Program-made: the position numbers and the translations under genes
Assembly (NCBI GenBank): GCA_011109175.1
Contig: RDEW01000007.1
Coordinates: 1,316,295-1,380,294, forward strand
Reading direction: 5' to 3'
Length of the DNA: 64,000 nt
From: Dicyema japonicum
Lineage: Eukaryota > Animalia > Dicyemida
In this document: positions 1 through 12,350 of the stretch, piece after piece
Layout of the letters: the number at the start of each line of letters is the position of its first letter
How positions within the stretch are numbered: position 1 is the stretch's first letter
Notes under the pieces: model-generated
What the model was told of the DNA's origin: nothing
Database searches by the model: none
What the model saw: only the letters and a program-made list of their open reading frames with translations

Positions 1-81
1 ATAAACTTCTTGTATGACGATATAGGAATAAAAATATGGTCAGCTTTCTGAATGGCAGCGCTGATAATTTCTGCGGCCTCA

Positions 82-1077
82 TCAATAGAGCGTATTGGGA
101 GGATAATCTCCGGCCAAGAATTTATCCACAAGGTTACTGAAACCAGACCAGTCAACCTTCGTATAATCCTTGAATCTTTTTGATTCCGCCGGCCGTCTCC
201 TGTATCGTCGAAGACCTCTCAATTTTAGAAGGATTGGATTGTGGTCACTGGAGAAGCCGTAAAAGACGTTCCAGGAAATGAGTCCAGCCAGAGAAGGTGA
301 GCATAGTGTTAAGTCGGGGGATGTGCAGCTATCAGTCATCCTTAATGGGGTCCTCGTATGTGAGTTAGGGTTGTTCAGTATAATCAGGTCAGGAAGATAA
401 TTTGCAATGAGTTCTCCTCGGTTATCAGAGGATTGGGAAGTGAGCCAAACTGGATGTCGTGCATTAAGATCCCCACATAACAGTAGATTTTTCAATGTTG
501 AAATGCGTGATAAATCAGGGGTGTAAGATGACGGACACGATCCTTGTGGAGGAATATATAAATTAGCCAAATGGATCCAAAAGGACGGGAATAACTCGAT
601 TTTGACAGTAATCTGCTCCAAAGTCTTGTCGGAGCCAAGAAGCTCTGAGGTTCGTTGAGTTGTATCCATAAAAGGAATATCGTTCTTTATAATAGTAAGT
701 AGTCCTCCTCCGCGTCCTCCCTGACGATCTTTACGGATCACTGTGTATCCGGGAAAAGAGGGTGTTGGTATGGAGGGAGATAGCTTGGACTCCTGTATTA
801 AAGCGAGGTCAGCCTCATTTTCGCGGAGGAGTGCCTGGAGTTCAAAGATTTTCTTCCTGATCCCATTCGTATTCAGTTGTATAATTGTAAAACCTCTCCA
901 TGGACCAGGATTGGTTTCGACGTCCCCACATAGAAGAATCAAAAGTCTGGATAAATGGGGACACCAGACAGGGTCGAAGACACAGGAGATGAGAGGACCA
1001 CACGGACGGTGGGGAGAAGCTGTTGGCTCTTTTCGTTCCATTTTGGAATGGGTGACACCGTTTCTGGTGAGCCACAT
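82..1077 (-). mobile_element. Ingi/Vingi-like non-LTR retrotransposon, 5' part: N-terminal peptide, 2A-like motif and APE endonuclease; element runs off the window start
   Basis: ORF has LLILLCGDVETNPGP followed by EEP/APE motifs (QLNTNG, LIQES, GDLNARH, SPDLTL, SDHNPI). It is closely similar to the endonuclease of the APE-RT copy at 52860-55420. Confidence 0.9.
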
Positions 1078-2828
1078 GACACCACGCTAACATTCAAAAA
1101 AAAATCCGAAGTTCATGTATACATATTCCAGTTAAAAAATAATCATTTAAATCTAATATTATTTAAAATAAAAAATTAGATTTTTACTTAGTGATTAAAC
1201 ATTGGTTCAAACTTAAGAATTTTCCCGGACACCATGGCACGGCCAGACGCGATGGCATGCGACAATAAATAATATTTAATCCTAAAATGTGAGTAGTTTT
1301 GACAATTTTTGATATTACTATGATTTAAACATTTTCAAAATTGCCCATATTAATAACACGAAATAAATAATAAACAAATAATAATAACACGACCGACCAC
1401 ATACAACATTAATTGAAAAATATGCAATTTTGGCGGAACTATCGAAAATAGTATTCGATGTTTCAAAAACCGCACAAAAGTATCTGGATCTTATATTCAC
1501 AGACAAACCTTTGGTTGTGTGATTTATTGGGAAGACTTTCTGGGTAGAAGTCGGTTAGCAAGCCCTACCGTCATGTATTACTTCTCCTTAACTAATTCCA
1601 GTGTTCCCTTTTATAAAGTGTTCCACGTGGATTCAATGACACCTTCCTACATGTTCAGAATTAAATATTATTTGTAACAATCGATCATCAAATATTCATT
1701 AAATAGACAAAAAATTGAAAAATGTGGTTAAATGTATAAATTACTTAAAACAAAGAAAATTATGTGCGGTTCTTTGTAAATAAATAATCGAAAAACTTGA
1801 AATTAAATGAATAGAAAACAAATTGTATTCTTCTCTATAATTTAAAGGATCAATTCTTAGAAAAGAATGAATCCTCATTTCACAATTTAACTGATAGCAA
1901 CGAGTATTTACTTATATTTATCATTGCAGTTTAATCAGCTCAAATGACTACAGCCAACTGTATTTACTATAACTATTTGTAGTGACAGGAATGAGAATTT
2001 GTATAAATTATGAATTAAATAGATTCGATATGCTCACAAAAATGATAGAACAAGTCGACTCCGATATATCTCCATCGAATTGACAATCTTATCTTACAAA
2101 GTTTTTTAATTTGTCTTATTAGTTAATAAAATATTTCCAACTGTTATATAAGTGTTTTTGTCTATGGTTAATTTAATTATCCCAATCAAGTGTATTATCG
2201 TCTAATAAATTACTTGACGAGTTAGTCTATTGGTTAATTGTCGGTAGTTGAGGTGGTTACTTTGTTCTGATTGCCTATTGAGTAGTTCCTATAAACATCG
2301 TGGATATAACCTCCCGTCTCCTCTAGTGGACTCGGAAACAATCGGAAATAAGAAAGCATCATACTTACCGATGATTGAATTCAAATCTCGTCTGGTACAA
2401 ATTAGAGGTAAATCGGCGGGAACCGTGTGTTTTGAGTGGGAACAGGGAATTATTGGCTTATTCTTAATTCTCAAATTTTCTGATCTCCGTTGAGACGGCA
2501 GAAATTTTTGGTTCCAACAGAACAAAGTTTATCAGGCTGATCGGGCGGTTGTTGACTGAAGGGAGAGCCTAGAATAATGGGTCTTACAGAACATTGGGCT
2601 CAAGATCAGGTACTCAATTCTTGCGGGCCAAATTGTAACCTTTGTCCTAAAAATTTGATTTTTAAGTTATTAATTTTTGACTTCCTGATAAATATAGCAT
2701 TTTATTTTGAGTTGGCTGTATTACTTTTTAAATTTTTATACAAAATTAGTTTTTTTTGTTGCAAAAATTTAATCTAATCAAAAATTTTTATTTTATCTTA
2801 AAAAGTTAAATCTAATTAAAAATGTTCT

Positions 2829-3240
2829 CTATCCAATTCGTTTCCTCTTCGAGCAACTATGGGAGTAAACCCAATTGTCACAGTCCTTTTCTTCGCTCAC
2901 ACTCTTCTCTTGAATTTCTTTATAATCAGACCGAGAGTAAATATCCTTTATCCCTTCATTGAACTTATCATAACGCCGCGAAACGTCGACTTCGTTCCTA
3001 TATGACACTATCATACTCTCCAAAGTCTTCTTGATTACCAGCGATTGAACATACGCATACGTTCTTTCACTTATATTCGAAGATCTGGCATACTTCCACG
3101 AATGTGAAGTCACTAGGCCATCCCAAGTGAGTACAATCGGGACAATCTTGACCTCTGCGTTGTGTATCAACTTCAAATAATATGGAATTTGATACATTAA
3201 ACTCATAAAAAACACGCCCTACAATTATTACAACGAATTA
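2829..3240 (-). mobile_element. R4/Dong-like non-LTR retrotransposon remnant (C-terminal RLE endonuclease)
   Basis: KIVPIVLTWDGLVT...YVQSLVIKKTLES matches the C-terminus of the 51403-52773 ORF. Confidence 0.75.
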
Positions 3241-3540
3241 ATCGATTTTGAACCGACACATCACAACAGGTAGTAAAGAAAAATCTGTTAACCAGTAAAT
3301 TAACATTTATTCGTGACAGTAAAGTGAATATAGCAGCCTTGATACTAAACTGGCATTTTTAGTAACCTAAGTAGCCTGCTAAGAACATTTATTAATAGTC
3401 GTTAAGAAAATTCCTGTTAAAAAGTGGCCTTATTGTTGTGTTGGAATTTAATGACCTTATCTATACAGCTATTTTAAAAATGTTTAAATCATAAAAATAT
3501 CAAATTATCGAACCACTTACATTTTTTGAATGACACACAC

Positions 3541-3862
3541 AGCCCTTCTGGCAAGTAGGTAATGTTTCCATTACTTAAACCTCACCTTAGGAAGAACGCA
3601 AACTTTATTTTAAAAAGTAAGAACAGTAATGCATCTACCACAAGGCATATCCAAGACATTGAAAGTGTTCTTGTCTTCTCGTTTTTTTCTTTTTGTGTGT
3701 GTTAATTCCAATCCAGTTCCGCAGTGTTGAGACACTGATGACGGCGTCACTCATCAACCCCGAACATCGTAGATGCGTGGAACTTTGAACCGAATGGACA
3801 TGAGAGGGATTCGAACGGGAACCTCATGATTTTGACCGGAACTTATTACATTGACCCATCGG
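3541..3862 (-). mobile_element. tRNA-derived SINE, copy 1 (~320 bp)
   Basis: B-box GTTCGAATCC on the minus strand (3808-3817) and a degenerate A-box. Core and 3' tail are collinear with the TSD-flanked copy at 55510-55844. Confidence 0.7.
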
Positions 3863-4076
3863 AATGAAATATCATTTGTAAATAATTCAGGTTATCAAAT
3901 ATTGCTCGTCACTGCTTACATGGGGATTTTAGGACCTAAATAGATTTTTCTTACGTGCTATCGGATTTTTGAAAGCAAAAAAGGAAAATGGACATCAGAT
4001 AGGAGGTGAGCGATTGTGCGGATTTCTAAACAAATTGTAAAAGGGAATTGGCTCTCAATCACGAAAACTGCTATTA

Positions 4077-5180
4077 CAGTCAACCCTCTCTATAGTGAAC
4101 ATGCCATATTAATGCAATTCACAATAACAAAAATTAGTTTTTGTCATTGATATATTGATTATAAAATGAATACCACTTTTAAAAATGTATTATATCATTT
4201 TTTTTAATATTTTGGTGTTCACTATTATTATTTAATATTTATTTAATAACCCCGAAAAGGGAACACCGTGAAAGGAGTAAACCAACTAATTAAGTGATCC
4301 CGGTACGCCTCAACAGGATCGAGAGGTTTTCCTGTGTTCCTCCAGAGTACCCACGGCTTTCCTGAATAGACGACGATCATCTTTCATTAGAGTTTGAAGA
4401 GGAGTGTTTTTTCCCCAAATTTCGTGTATTTGAGGCCTCTAGCCTTGAATGGAAGAAACGACTTGTTTCTTGGCCACACAGACAGATGAAGCCGGAGCCA
4501 TTGTTTTTGATTGCGGCGTGGTCAAGCATTGGGGGAAAAGATCGGGGGGTAGATTTGTTTGACGTGCTAGTTTGCCAATTACTATTAAAGAATAGTGAAC
4601 GTCAAATGCTTGTGAACATAAAAATATTTAAATTAAAATTTTTATTTAAAATATATTTAAAATTATTTAAACTAATAAATTACATGTTTTACAATAGTTA
4701 GCATGGTACAAAATCGAAAACGCCTATCATTTTTTTCTAAAGAAGGAAATCATAGATTTTTTTCATAAACATGGACATCACACACAGTGTGATTTATCTA
4801 TTTATTTCAATGTTTCGCTTGGCTCCATAAACAAAATTTTGAAAAATTCTGAAGGAATACTTAGTTTTCAAGATGATCTAAAAACTAAGAAAATGTACTT
4901 GCCCAAGTCTCAACCATTCGACGGAGATCCATTTGAATGGTTCGTTAAAAGCGATCATTTGGATTTACAATCAACGAATATCTTTTAAAGTTCATGTCTT
5001 TAAAAATGGCGAAAGTTTGTAATTTTCAAGGATTTCAAGCATCAAATGAGTTTACCAGAGTTTACCAATATCGAAGTCTTTTTTTATCCACCAAATACAA
5101 CATCAAAATTACAACCCCTTGATCAAGGAATAATAAAATCATTCAAAGACAAGTATACACAACTAACATGCGCACACTTG
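4077..5180 (+). mobile_element. pogo/Tigger-like (Tc1/mariner) DNA transposon remnant, interrupted by a retrotransposon 3' fragment
   Basis: TA followed by TIR-like CAGTCAACCCTCTCTATAGTGAAC at 4077. DDE_1-type peptide EVFFYPPNTTSKLQPLDQGIIKSFKDKY at about 5070-5155. Confidence 0.65.
4240..4570 (-). mobile_element. Ingi/Vingi-like retrotransposon 3' fragment
   Basis: RLFRKAVGTLEEHR peptide and 3' end TTTCACGGTGTT...CGGGGTTATTAAATAAA match 55265-55415. Confidence 0.75.
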
Positions 5181-5229
5181 TAACTACATGCGCATGCGCA
5201 CACTTGTAACTACACGACGATCCTTTGAA

Positions 5230-5770
5230 GCAACAAGACTAGGATGAGATCTACTACAAGAATATCTTCGACATGCTGGATTCTGAGGCCAACAAGCATC
5301 GTCTTGCATGCCTCGTGTCCGTTGCCAACCACGGGAGCGGAGCGTGGCTGGATGCACTCCCGTGTTCCTTTCTGGGGACCCTTTTGTACGGTGACTGTAT
5401 TTGAATTGGAATCGCACAGCGCCTGGGAGTTGATGTATACGTCAAACTCCAATGTCGTTGTGGAGGGATCGTCGATGCCAAAGGGCTGCATCCGCTTTTG
5501 TTAAAAGGAGTGCAGCCGATCTGGCCGAGAAAATCAAGATTTAAAAATGTGGTGAAATTGGAGATCGATTTCGTTTTTTGCCGGTGGCAATCGAAACGTC
5601 TGGTGCTACGGGAAGTATCACAGCCTCTTTCTTGCAGGAAATCTGGGGGAAATTGGCCCAACGTCTGAAAGACGTGCGGGAAGCGTCTGACTGAGGCAGC
5701 GAATTGGGATTGTAGTTATTCTCGGAAAATCTTACTCTGTAGTGTCAGCAGCCGATCTTCTCCGTTATTG
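5230..5770 (+). mobile_element. CRE-like RLE non-LTR retrotransposon C-terminal remnant
   Basis: Frameshifted peptides GSGAWLDALPCSFLGTLL...IAQRLG and DRFRFLPVAIETSG...RQRIGIV are homologous to 11816-12118. Confidence 0.65.
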
Positions 5771-6565
5771 TCAATAAATATGCTTCATGGTTAAATAAAA
5801 GTAGATTCTTTCAAAATAATATGTCACATGGGCCAAGCGATACCTATGGACTGCCTGTTACATTAACCTTGAACCAAGATTAACTTCAATTAATTTTGTA
5901 AATGATTTATTAACCACAAAAAATTAATTTAAGTAACTTTTTAGTCTACTCATTAATACAGTCGATATTTCTCCTTTCGAATTTTTTATCTATCAAATTA
6001 AACTATTTAAAAATACCTCCACGCGATTATTCGATAAAATATTAATTATTTCTGCAACTGGATAATACTGAGACTCAAACTTATCCAGTCACAATATTTG
6101 TTCCAAAGTCCTTTTAGCCCGAACCTATTTATTAATGTTTTTAATTCATACTTTATCTCCCATGTTAAAAGTATATTTACTATTATGAACATTCATTTTC
6201 CTGTTCAAGCTTTTGTAATAATTCGAATTTTTCTTTAATCGATTTAATTTCGAAATTGAATCTCTTCGCATTCGGACACAAATTATCTGACTGAGAATTA
6301 TCTAGATATAAATTTTTTTAAAACAAACTACGTGAATTTTCAATAGATTTGGAGTCGAACAATTAATCAAATCGTCAATTTGTTCTGGAATCGGCACACT
6401 CATTAATAAATTATCTAAGTCCTAATGTGATTAAATATAACCATGAATTATTGAATTTATTTCCTTAATTCCTCGATATCTTTCGAAAGGACTTTCGTTA
6501 GAAAATGAATGGACCGATATGTTATAACTGTAAACAGAACTTTCTAATTTATCAAACCACTTTTT

Positions 6566-6760
6566 TCACTTTGTCATCCAGCATTTTTGACACACTTCCC
6601 TCGTGATCGTCTGATTAAATCTTTCGACAATTCCTTGTGGTCGTGGATTGTTAGGCCTTTCCGTGAATTTGCTTAATGTTAAAATCTTCGCAGAGGTTTG
6701 TTTATTCTTGATTTTTAAATTCAGAACATTGTCGCGACTGAAAAAATTTAATGGCATCAG
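6566..6760 (-). mobile_element. Integrase core (rve) fragment
   Basis: RPNNPRPQGIVERFNQTI resembles the retroviral-type integrase motif preceding the catalytic Glu. Confidence 0.5.
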
Positions 6761-7431
6761 GCGGAACAAATCTTAAGTTTTCACATACTTCTTTACCAGA
6801 CTTATTATAGAGTGGTCGTACAAAAGCGAATCTATAAATTAAAAAAACCAACCTATACTATATATTTATCATGCAAAGCATCTTTTAAGTTTGATATTCA
6901 ACGCAATCTTTCACAAGACCCTTGTAAGAAGCAATTGCAACAAAAATCTTCCATGCTATAAATCACGCTAGAAATCTAGGTATACCGCTATAAAAAATAA
7001 ACTTTTTATAATCAAAACATTTATGAATAAAAAAACTAATTTAACAAAATTAAATCACGATATATATCGGATATACAAAATTAAATGTCGGATAATCAAA
7101 AGACCTTTTCAAGTCGAAAAAATGTAACAGGCTGCCCATGCGTTACGCGCCGCCCATGTGACATAATATAATAAAAATTTTTGGAATAATCCTATATGAT
7201 ACGATGTTGCATTTTAGCATATTTTAAAATTTCTAACAAAAAGGATGGGAATCCCGAAAAGAAGGAAAGACTCCATACAAATCGTAGGAAGGAAGGGTTC
7301 TCATCATGAGAGTTATTTTGTAATATTAAAATATCTGAAGTATAGTTACAGACTTTTATTGAATTATAATTTTTTTAATAAAAATTAATTTTAAATAATA
7401 AAATAAAAAAATTAATAAACACAGAAATCAA

Positions 7432-9049
7432 ATGTTTGGTAGTGAAGAAATTTTATTATATTGATCACTATTATATTAGGATGTTTAATATTTGCCTATT
7501 TTAAAATCACCAGAAAAACCAATGTTGACATATTTGTTTAATAAAGAAATCACCCCCGAGGATTCCGCATAATATTCCATTCATTGGTTCACTATGGCCG
7601 TTTGTAACCGACACGTCAAATTTTTTAATTTCAGTTTATGAAAAAGTTTAGTTAGTTAATATAAAATTGTATGGTCCAGTTTCGACTTTCACGATGTGTG
7701 GCAAGTCATTCACTCTCCTTGTGGGATGTGAAGCTTCACAAATTTTTTTCTGCAGTTCCAATGCGGATATGAACATTGAAGAAATTTATTCCAAATTAAT
7801 TACCCCAATTTTTGGAAAAGGGGCAATTTATGACGCACCAGAGCACGTTTGGAGTGAATTGAATCTGTAGATATTCAGACAGCACAAGAAACTTGCTCTT
7901 TCGACGTTCACCCCAGTCTACCTTGAATATTTGTGCCGAAAATAAAACTTGAAGTCGAAAATTATTTTTTAAGGATAACTAGTGAAACAATAAGTTTGAG
8001 AGTTTTAAAAATTTAGACCTCTTCGATAATTTCAATGACCTCTTCATCAATACCTCTTCCTTGCTGTCCTCGGTGAAGAAATTAGAGACCTGGTTAATGA
8101 CGAGATGAGGGAATATTTACTGGATATTGACAATTCATTCACTCTCTGTTAGTTTACATCCTTCCAGAATGGTTTCCACTGAAGATAAGAAGGTTACTTT
8201 AAAACTTGTACAGAAAACGAGATGTGGCTCATAAAAAGTGTTTGACCTGTTTCTGGATGTGATTAACAAAAGACGTAATTCTCGGGTAAGGAAGATGGAT
8301 ATGATCAAAATCTTTCTTGATTTTAGATACAAGTTAAATGCTGTTGAAATTTAAGAGACGGAACAAAAATCTCTGACGATATAATGATTTGCATGATAAT
8401 TGGAATGCTGGTGGCCGGAAAAAGAACATCAGCGTCGATTGCTGCTTGGCTTGGAATGTTCATTTCTGAAAATCAAAATATTCAAGTTTTATGTACGACT
8501 AAATATAAGGATGAATTGTATGCTGAACAAATCAGAATTCGAGGAGACAATTTTGAAGAAATTACTTATGATAATTTAAAGGAACTGAATCTTCTGGACC
8601 GATGTTTGTCGGAGACTCTCCGCTTGAGACCTCCGTTTGCTTGTTTGATGAGAATGTGCAGAACCAAAACAGTACTAAAAATATCATTGCAGAATGTCCT
8701 GGGCTATGAAATCCCTGCGGGAGACATTGTATGTGTGTCTGCCTCTGTGAATCATTATTTGAAAAATGTTTGGCATAACAAAGAGGAATTTAACCCAGAT
8801 AGGTTTATTCATTTTAATATTAGATTTATTGACTTTGACGAGGATAAAGAAGGAAAATGTGTATATATTCCCTTTGGGTATGGGACTCATCGATGTATTG
8901 GGGAAATTTACGCAAAACTTCAAATAAAGACTACATGGGCTTATTTGATTCAAAAATTCAAGTTTGAACTCATCAATGATAAACCAATAAAACCAAATAC
9001 TTTATCTTTCGTTCAGAGTCCTCTGATTCGAATGTTAGACTTACACTAA
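7432..9049 (+). pseudogene. CYP51: Sterol 14-alpha-demethylase CYP51, full length but frameshifted as assembled (pseudogene or assembly errors)
   Basis: After removing 21-24 nt introns: TM anchor, PPRIPHNIPFIG, YGPVSTFTMCGK, LITPIFGKGAIYD, ETLRLRPP, NPDRF and the heme motif PFGYGTHRCIGE, all collinear with animal CYP51A1. Single-base frameshifts near 7458, 7929, 8060, 8143 and 8237; the intron ending near 7669 lacks AG. Confidence 0.85.
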
Positions 9050-9971
9050 GGAATTAATGTTTACTTTAATACTAAACAAAATATTAATCTAACCAAAGTC
9101 CACTATAACACTAACTCTTCTCATTTGATTAAGACTCATTAAACTAAAAAGCTTCGTCCACAAACTTATCAGGACTGACAGCTTATCATTTAGAATGTGA
9201 CATACTTGTGTATTTGTCGGATGGGACAAAAGGAACACTGACGAAAATTTATTTGCTTTAATAAAAGCTGTAACTATGGAATGGACATGACATTAATTGT
9301 AATTGATTCAATGCACTGCAATACAACGAGCGAAATTTCCCATAAATCGCACATATTGATGAGGTCTTCTGTTCGACATTTTAGTGTATCTCCAACTTCC
9401 GGCTTGTGGAATAATCACGCAATCAGGCTAAACTGGCATTGAGATTCGGAAAGATTGGTATCACATCTCTATAGACATTCCTTTCCCTGTATTTCTCTCG
9501 TCGCTAATGGCCTGTAACACCCTTTGTCAAGAGGATTCTTCACTCCCTTTCTGAATTCTCTCCATACCAGGACGTCGTTCATGCTTATGAGGCCTATTAG
9601 TTTTCCGATAGTTTTCCCAACCTTTCATGATCATTACAGAAACACATATGAAACGCATCAAAAAAATAATTAAAGATGAATAATTTTGCATGATCTTAAT
9701 TTTAAATTAATAAAAAAACTTTTTCCCCAATATCGTTTTAAGAAGCGTTTGCAGCTCTGGGAAATACCCAATGAACCCCATTCCAAAATCGGCCAGATTA
9801 TTCTTGTAGTTTTTTTAGATTGGACTTTACGTTAAAACTCTGGCAGAAGCACTTATAATTGTTTTTATACATAGTAAAAAATAATTTGTTAACAAAATTA
9901 TTTTTGTTATTTATATACTTATATTTAAAGCAAGTTCTTATCAATTAAAATTGTAAGAAATTCTAAAATTT

Positions 9972-10027
9972 CATGAAAAATTCTTACTATTACCAATTTC
10001 ATGAAAATTCTTACTATTACCAATTTC
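9972..10027 (+). repeat. Short tandem duplication (~28 bp x2)
   Basis: CATGAAAA(A)TTCTTACTATTACCAATTT occurs twice in tandem. Confidence 0.85.
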
Positions 10028-10029
10028 TC

Positions 10030-11400
10030 CTGAACTTTAAAACTACAAGTGATTTGGAAGGTTTCCAGAATCAACTAGAAGAAAAAAAACCTTTTGGAGT
10101 TAATGGACATTCGTTACAAAAAGCTGCGCCGAGACCCTCAGTAGTTATGCTCAAAGGTCGGACAGAAATGAGGCTGAATCTCTTGTAAGATTTGGACTGA
10201 TAATTGGATATCTGAAGATAAAAGCTGAATAGTTCAATAAACCAGAGATCCAATGTTTTCGTTGTCAACGGTTTGGCCATATTGCTCGTTTTTGCAAGAA
10301 TGTTGAAAGATGCCTTGTTTGTTCTGGGCCACATAGAAGATCGCAGTGTCCGGTTACAAACAATAATAAGTCGTGTGTGAATTGTGGTTCATCCAGCCAC
10401 TTTGCCAATTATGGAGGATGCCCCAAGGCTGTTGAAGCTAACATAGCGAAGAAAAACAAAATTGACCAAAAAGAAAAGAATCGAATGGAAAATTATTTAA
10501 AACGAGAAAATGCCCATAATGGAGAAAGTGAAATTTCCAAAATTGGAACGAATAAGAAATTAAAGTCAGAGTTTAGAATGTATGGGCAGACTGGCTGGAA
10601 TACGACATATAATAAGAAACCTTCTAAAAAGAAACAGTAGAAGCTTCAACACAGACAAGCAGTCTTGATGAGAGTGACCAGGCGGAAGCACCTGTTAGAA
10701 AAGTGACTTTTGGAGTTGCTACACATACTGTCGAGACTCACTCAAACATCTTGTCTGAAAATGAAAAAGTAGTAGCTTCCAACTCGATTCTTGACAAGTT
10801 GGAGAGAAGCATTAAAGATATGACTAGAACAAAAAAGGATTCTAATTTTTACTAGATTTGGTGGCGCTCTTAAGAAGAGAGGGCAGCCACCGAAAAAACC
10901 AGAAGTAGTCAGGATAACCCTGATTAATGCCCTTCTCTTCGGAATCGGGCCTCAGTGCTGGTTGCTCTAGCCAGCACGATCCAGATGGATGTTCTAATTA
11001 TAAACGAAACTAAATTGAAGAAAAGACCATTTAAAATTGATGGATAGATATTTTTTGGAAGACTGGTTTTTGTGCTGGAACAGGAACTTCAATTTACCAT
11101 AAAACTTCTTTAAATACAAGACTACCACGATCAATGAAGAAATTTTGTGAACTAGCAAGCATTCAACTACAAACAACATGGGATGGATAACTATCGGAGG
11201 AATTTATTCTAAAAAACTACGAGAGTATCCATGGATTGTTGACAAATTTATGGAAAACAATGAATATCCAATTTTTGTTTGAGACATGAACGCTAAACAT
11301 ACTGACTATGGTTGTGTAACAATCAATCAAGATGGAAAATGCCTTGTAAAATGGATGAAGTCTGGAGAGTTAAAGATTTTAACTTCAGTCAAAATTATGC
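10030..11400 (+). mobile_element. Jockey/I-group-like non-LTR remnant: gag-like ORF1 with three zinc knuckles, then a degraded APE domain
   Basis: QCFRCQRFGHIARFC, CLVCSGPHRRSQC and CVNCGSSSHFANYGGCP at about 10250-10425. DVLIINETKL and DMNAKH-like motifs at 10985-11300. Confidence 0.7.
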
Positions 11401-11744
11401 AATTAAACTCGCACATGGATTGGATTTAGCATCTGAAATTGATGACGAATACGAAAGAAAAACGAGAAGAATCGGTGATTTATTACATTGCTTGTGGAAA
11501 CTCGCATTGTAATTGGGGCTTTTTACGGAGAAGAGACATACGGTGTCTCATGAGAGTGCCCGATATAGACGACCCCAAATCTTGGCTTTTCTCTTTAGTT
11601 AATGGCTCTTACCTTGTTTAGTTAGTTGGGGTTTTGCGAATAAATTATGTTATCTGTATCCACTGGTTTGGTCAAATTATATATATTAATTTGATAAATT
11701 TTTTTTTTAAACAAAAATTTTTTTAACAATTAAACAAATGTCAG

Positions 11745-12180
11745 TTGAGGAAGCCTGCTGCGTGGATTGCGAACGAGTTCCCTCGGAGTATGGTTATTCC
11801 TATCTTTTGTCTTAGTCATAACCCTTCTCGTTGATCCCTTTTCTTTCTGGCAAGCAATCCTCCGAGTTCTTGCAAGAATTCAGCCGTCATTGGACCAACG
11901 GCTCCCGATGATTCGGTCGCAACAGGAGTAAATCGGTAGCGATCCCCGAGGCAAAAATATTTTTTGATTTTTAGGTTTTCCGCAGTCGAAGCAGCTGCTC
12001 CAGGTGTCTGAACCGATTTAAAAATGTTCGTGCTTGAGAACGTGTCTATGCAAGTTGCGTCCCATCGCATGTCTCCGCAGTTCATCGATGTCGTCCGCTG
12101 ATCTAATTTTCCCACCAATAATCTTGATCCAGGCAGAGAGGAAGCGTAGTTCTCTGCTATCCACGAATGCCCAAGTTACA
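11745..12180 (-). mobile_element. CRE-like RLE retrotransposon C-terminal remnant
   Basis: WDATCIDT...AENLKIKKY...FTPVATESSG...RQKIGITILRGN is a PD-(D/E)xK RLE C-terminus. Confidence 0.75.
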
Positions 12181-12350
12181 TTTTAAATTAAGAAATCCGC
12201 CAAAATGAGGTCATTATATCCAAATTGCTATTAATGTAATTTTGTATTATTGTAGCCGAGAATATATTTTTTATTAAATTTATAAAATTAAATTATTTTT
12301 TAATTTAAATAAATTTATAATTTAAATAAATAGTTTTTTTGCTAAGCACA

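Noticed and set aside
743-1179. Antisense or overlapping ORFs listed in the ORF track here and over other TE regions
   Set aside because: They are shadow frames of retrotransposon coding sequence, with no recognisable motifs.
1220-1265. HDV-like ribozyme at the 5' end of the 2A-bearing copy
   Set aside because: The region is GC-rich and a P3/L3-like hairpin can be drawn, but no P1 or P2 pairing was found.
3730-3760. Hammerhead ribozyme (CTGATGA core) in the SINE
   Set aside because: No GAAA after a stem II. The motif is on the antisense strand and is explained by the TGAC-GCC-GTCA hairpin.
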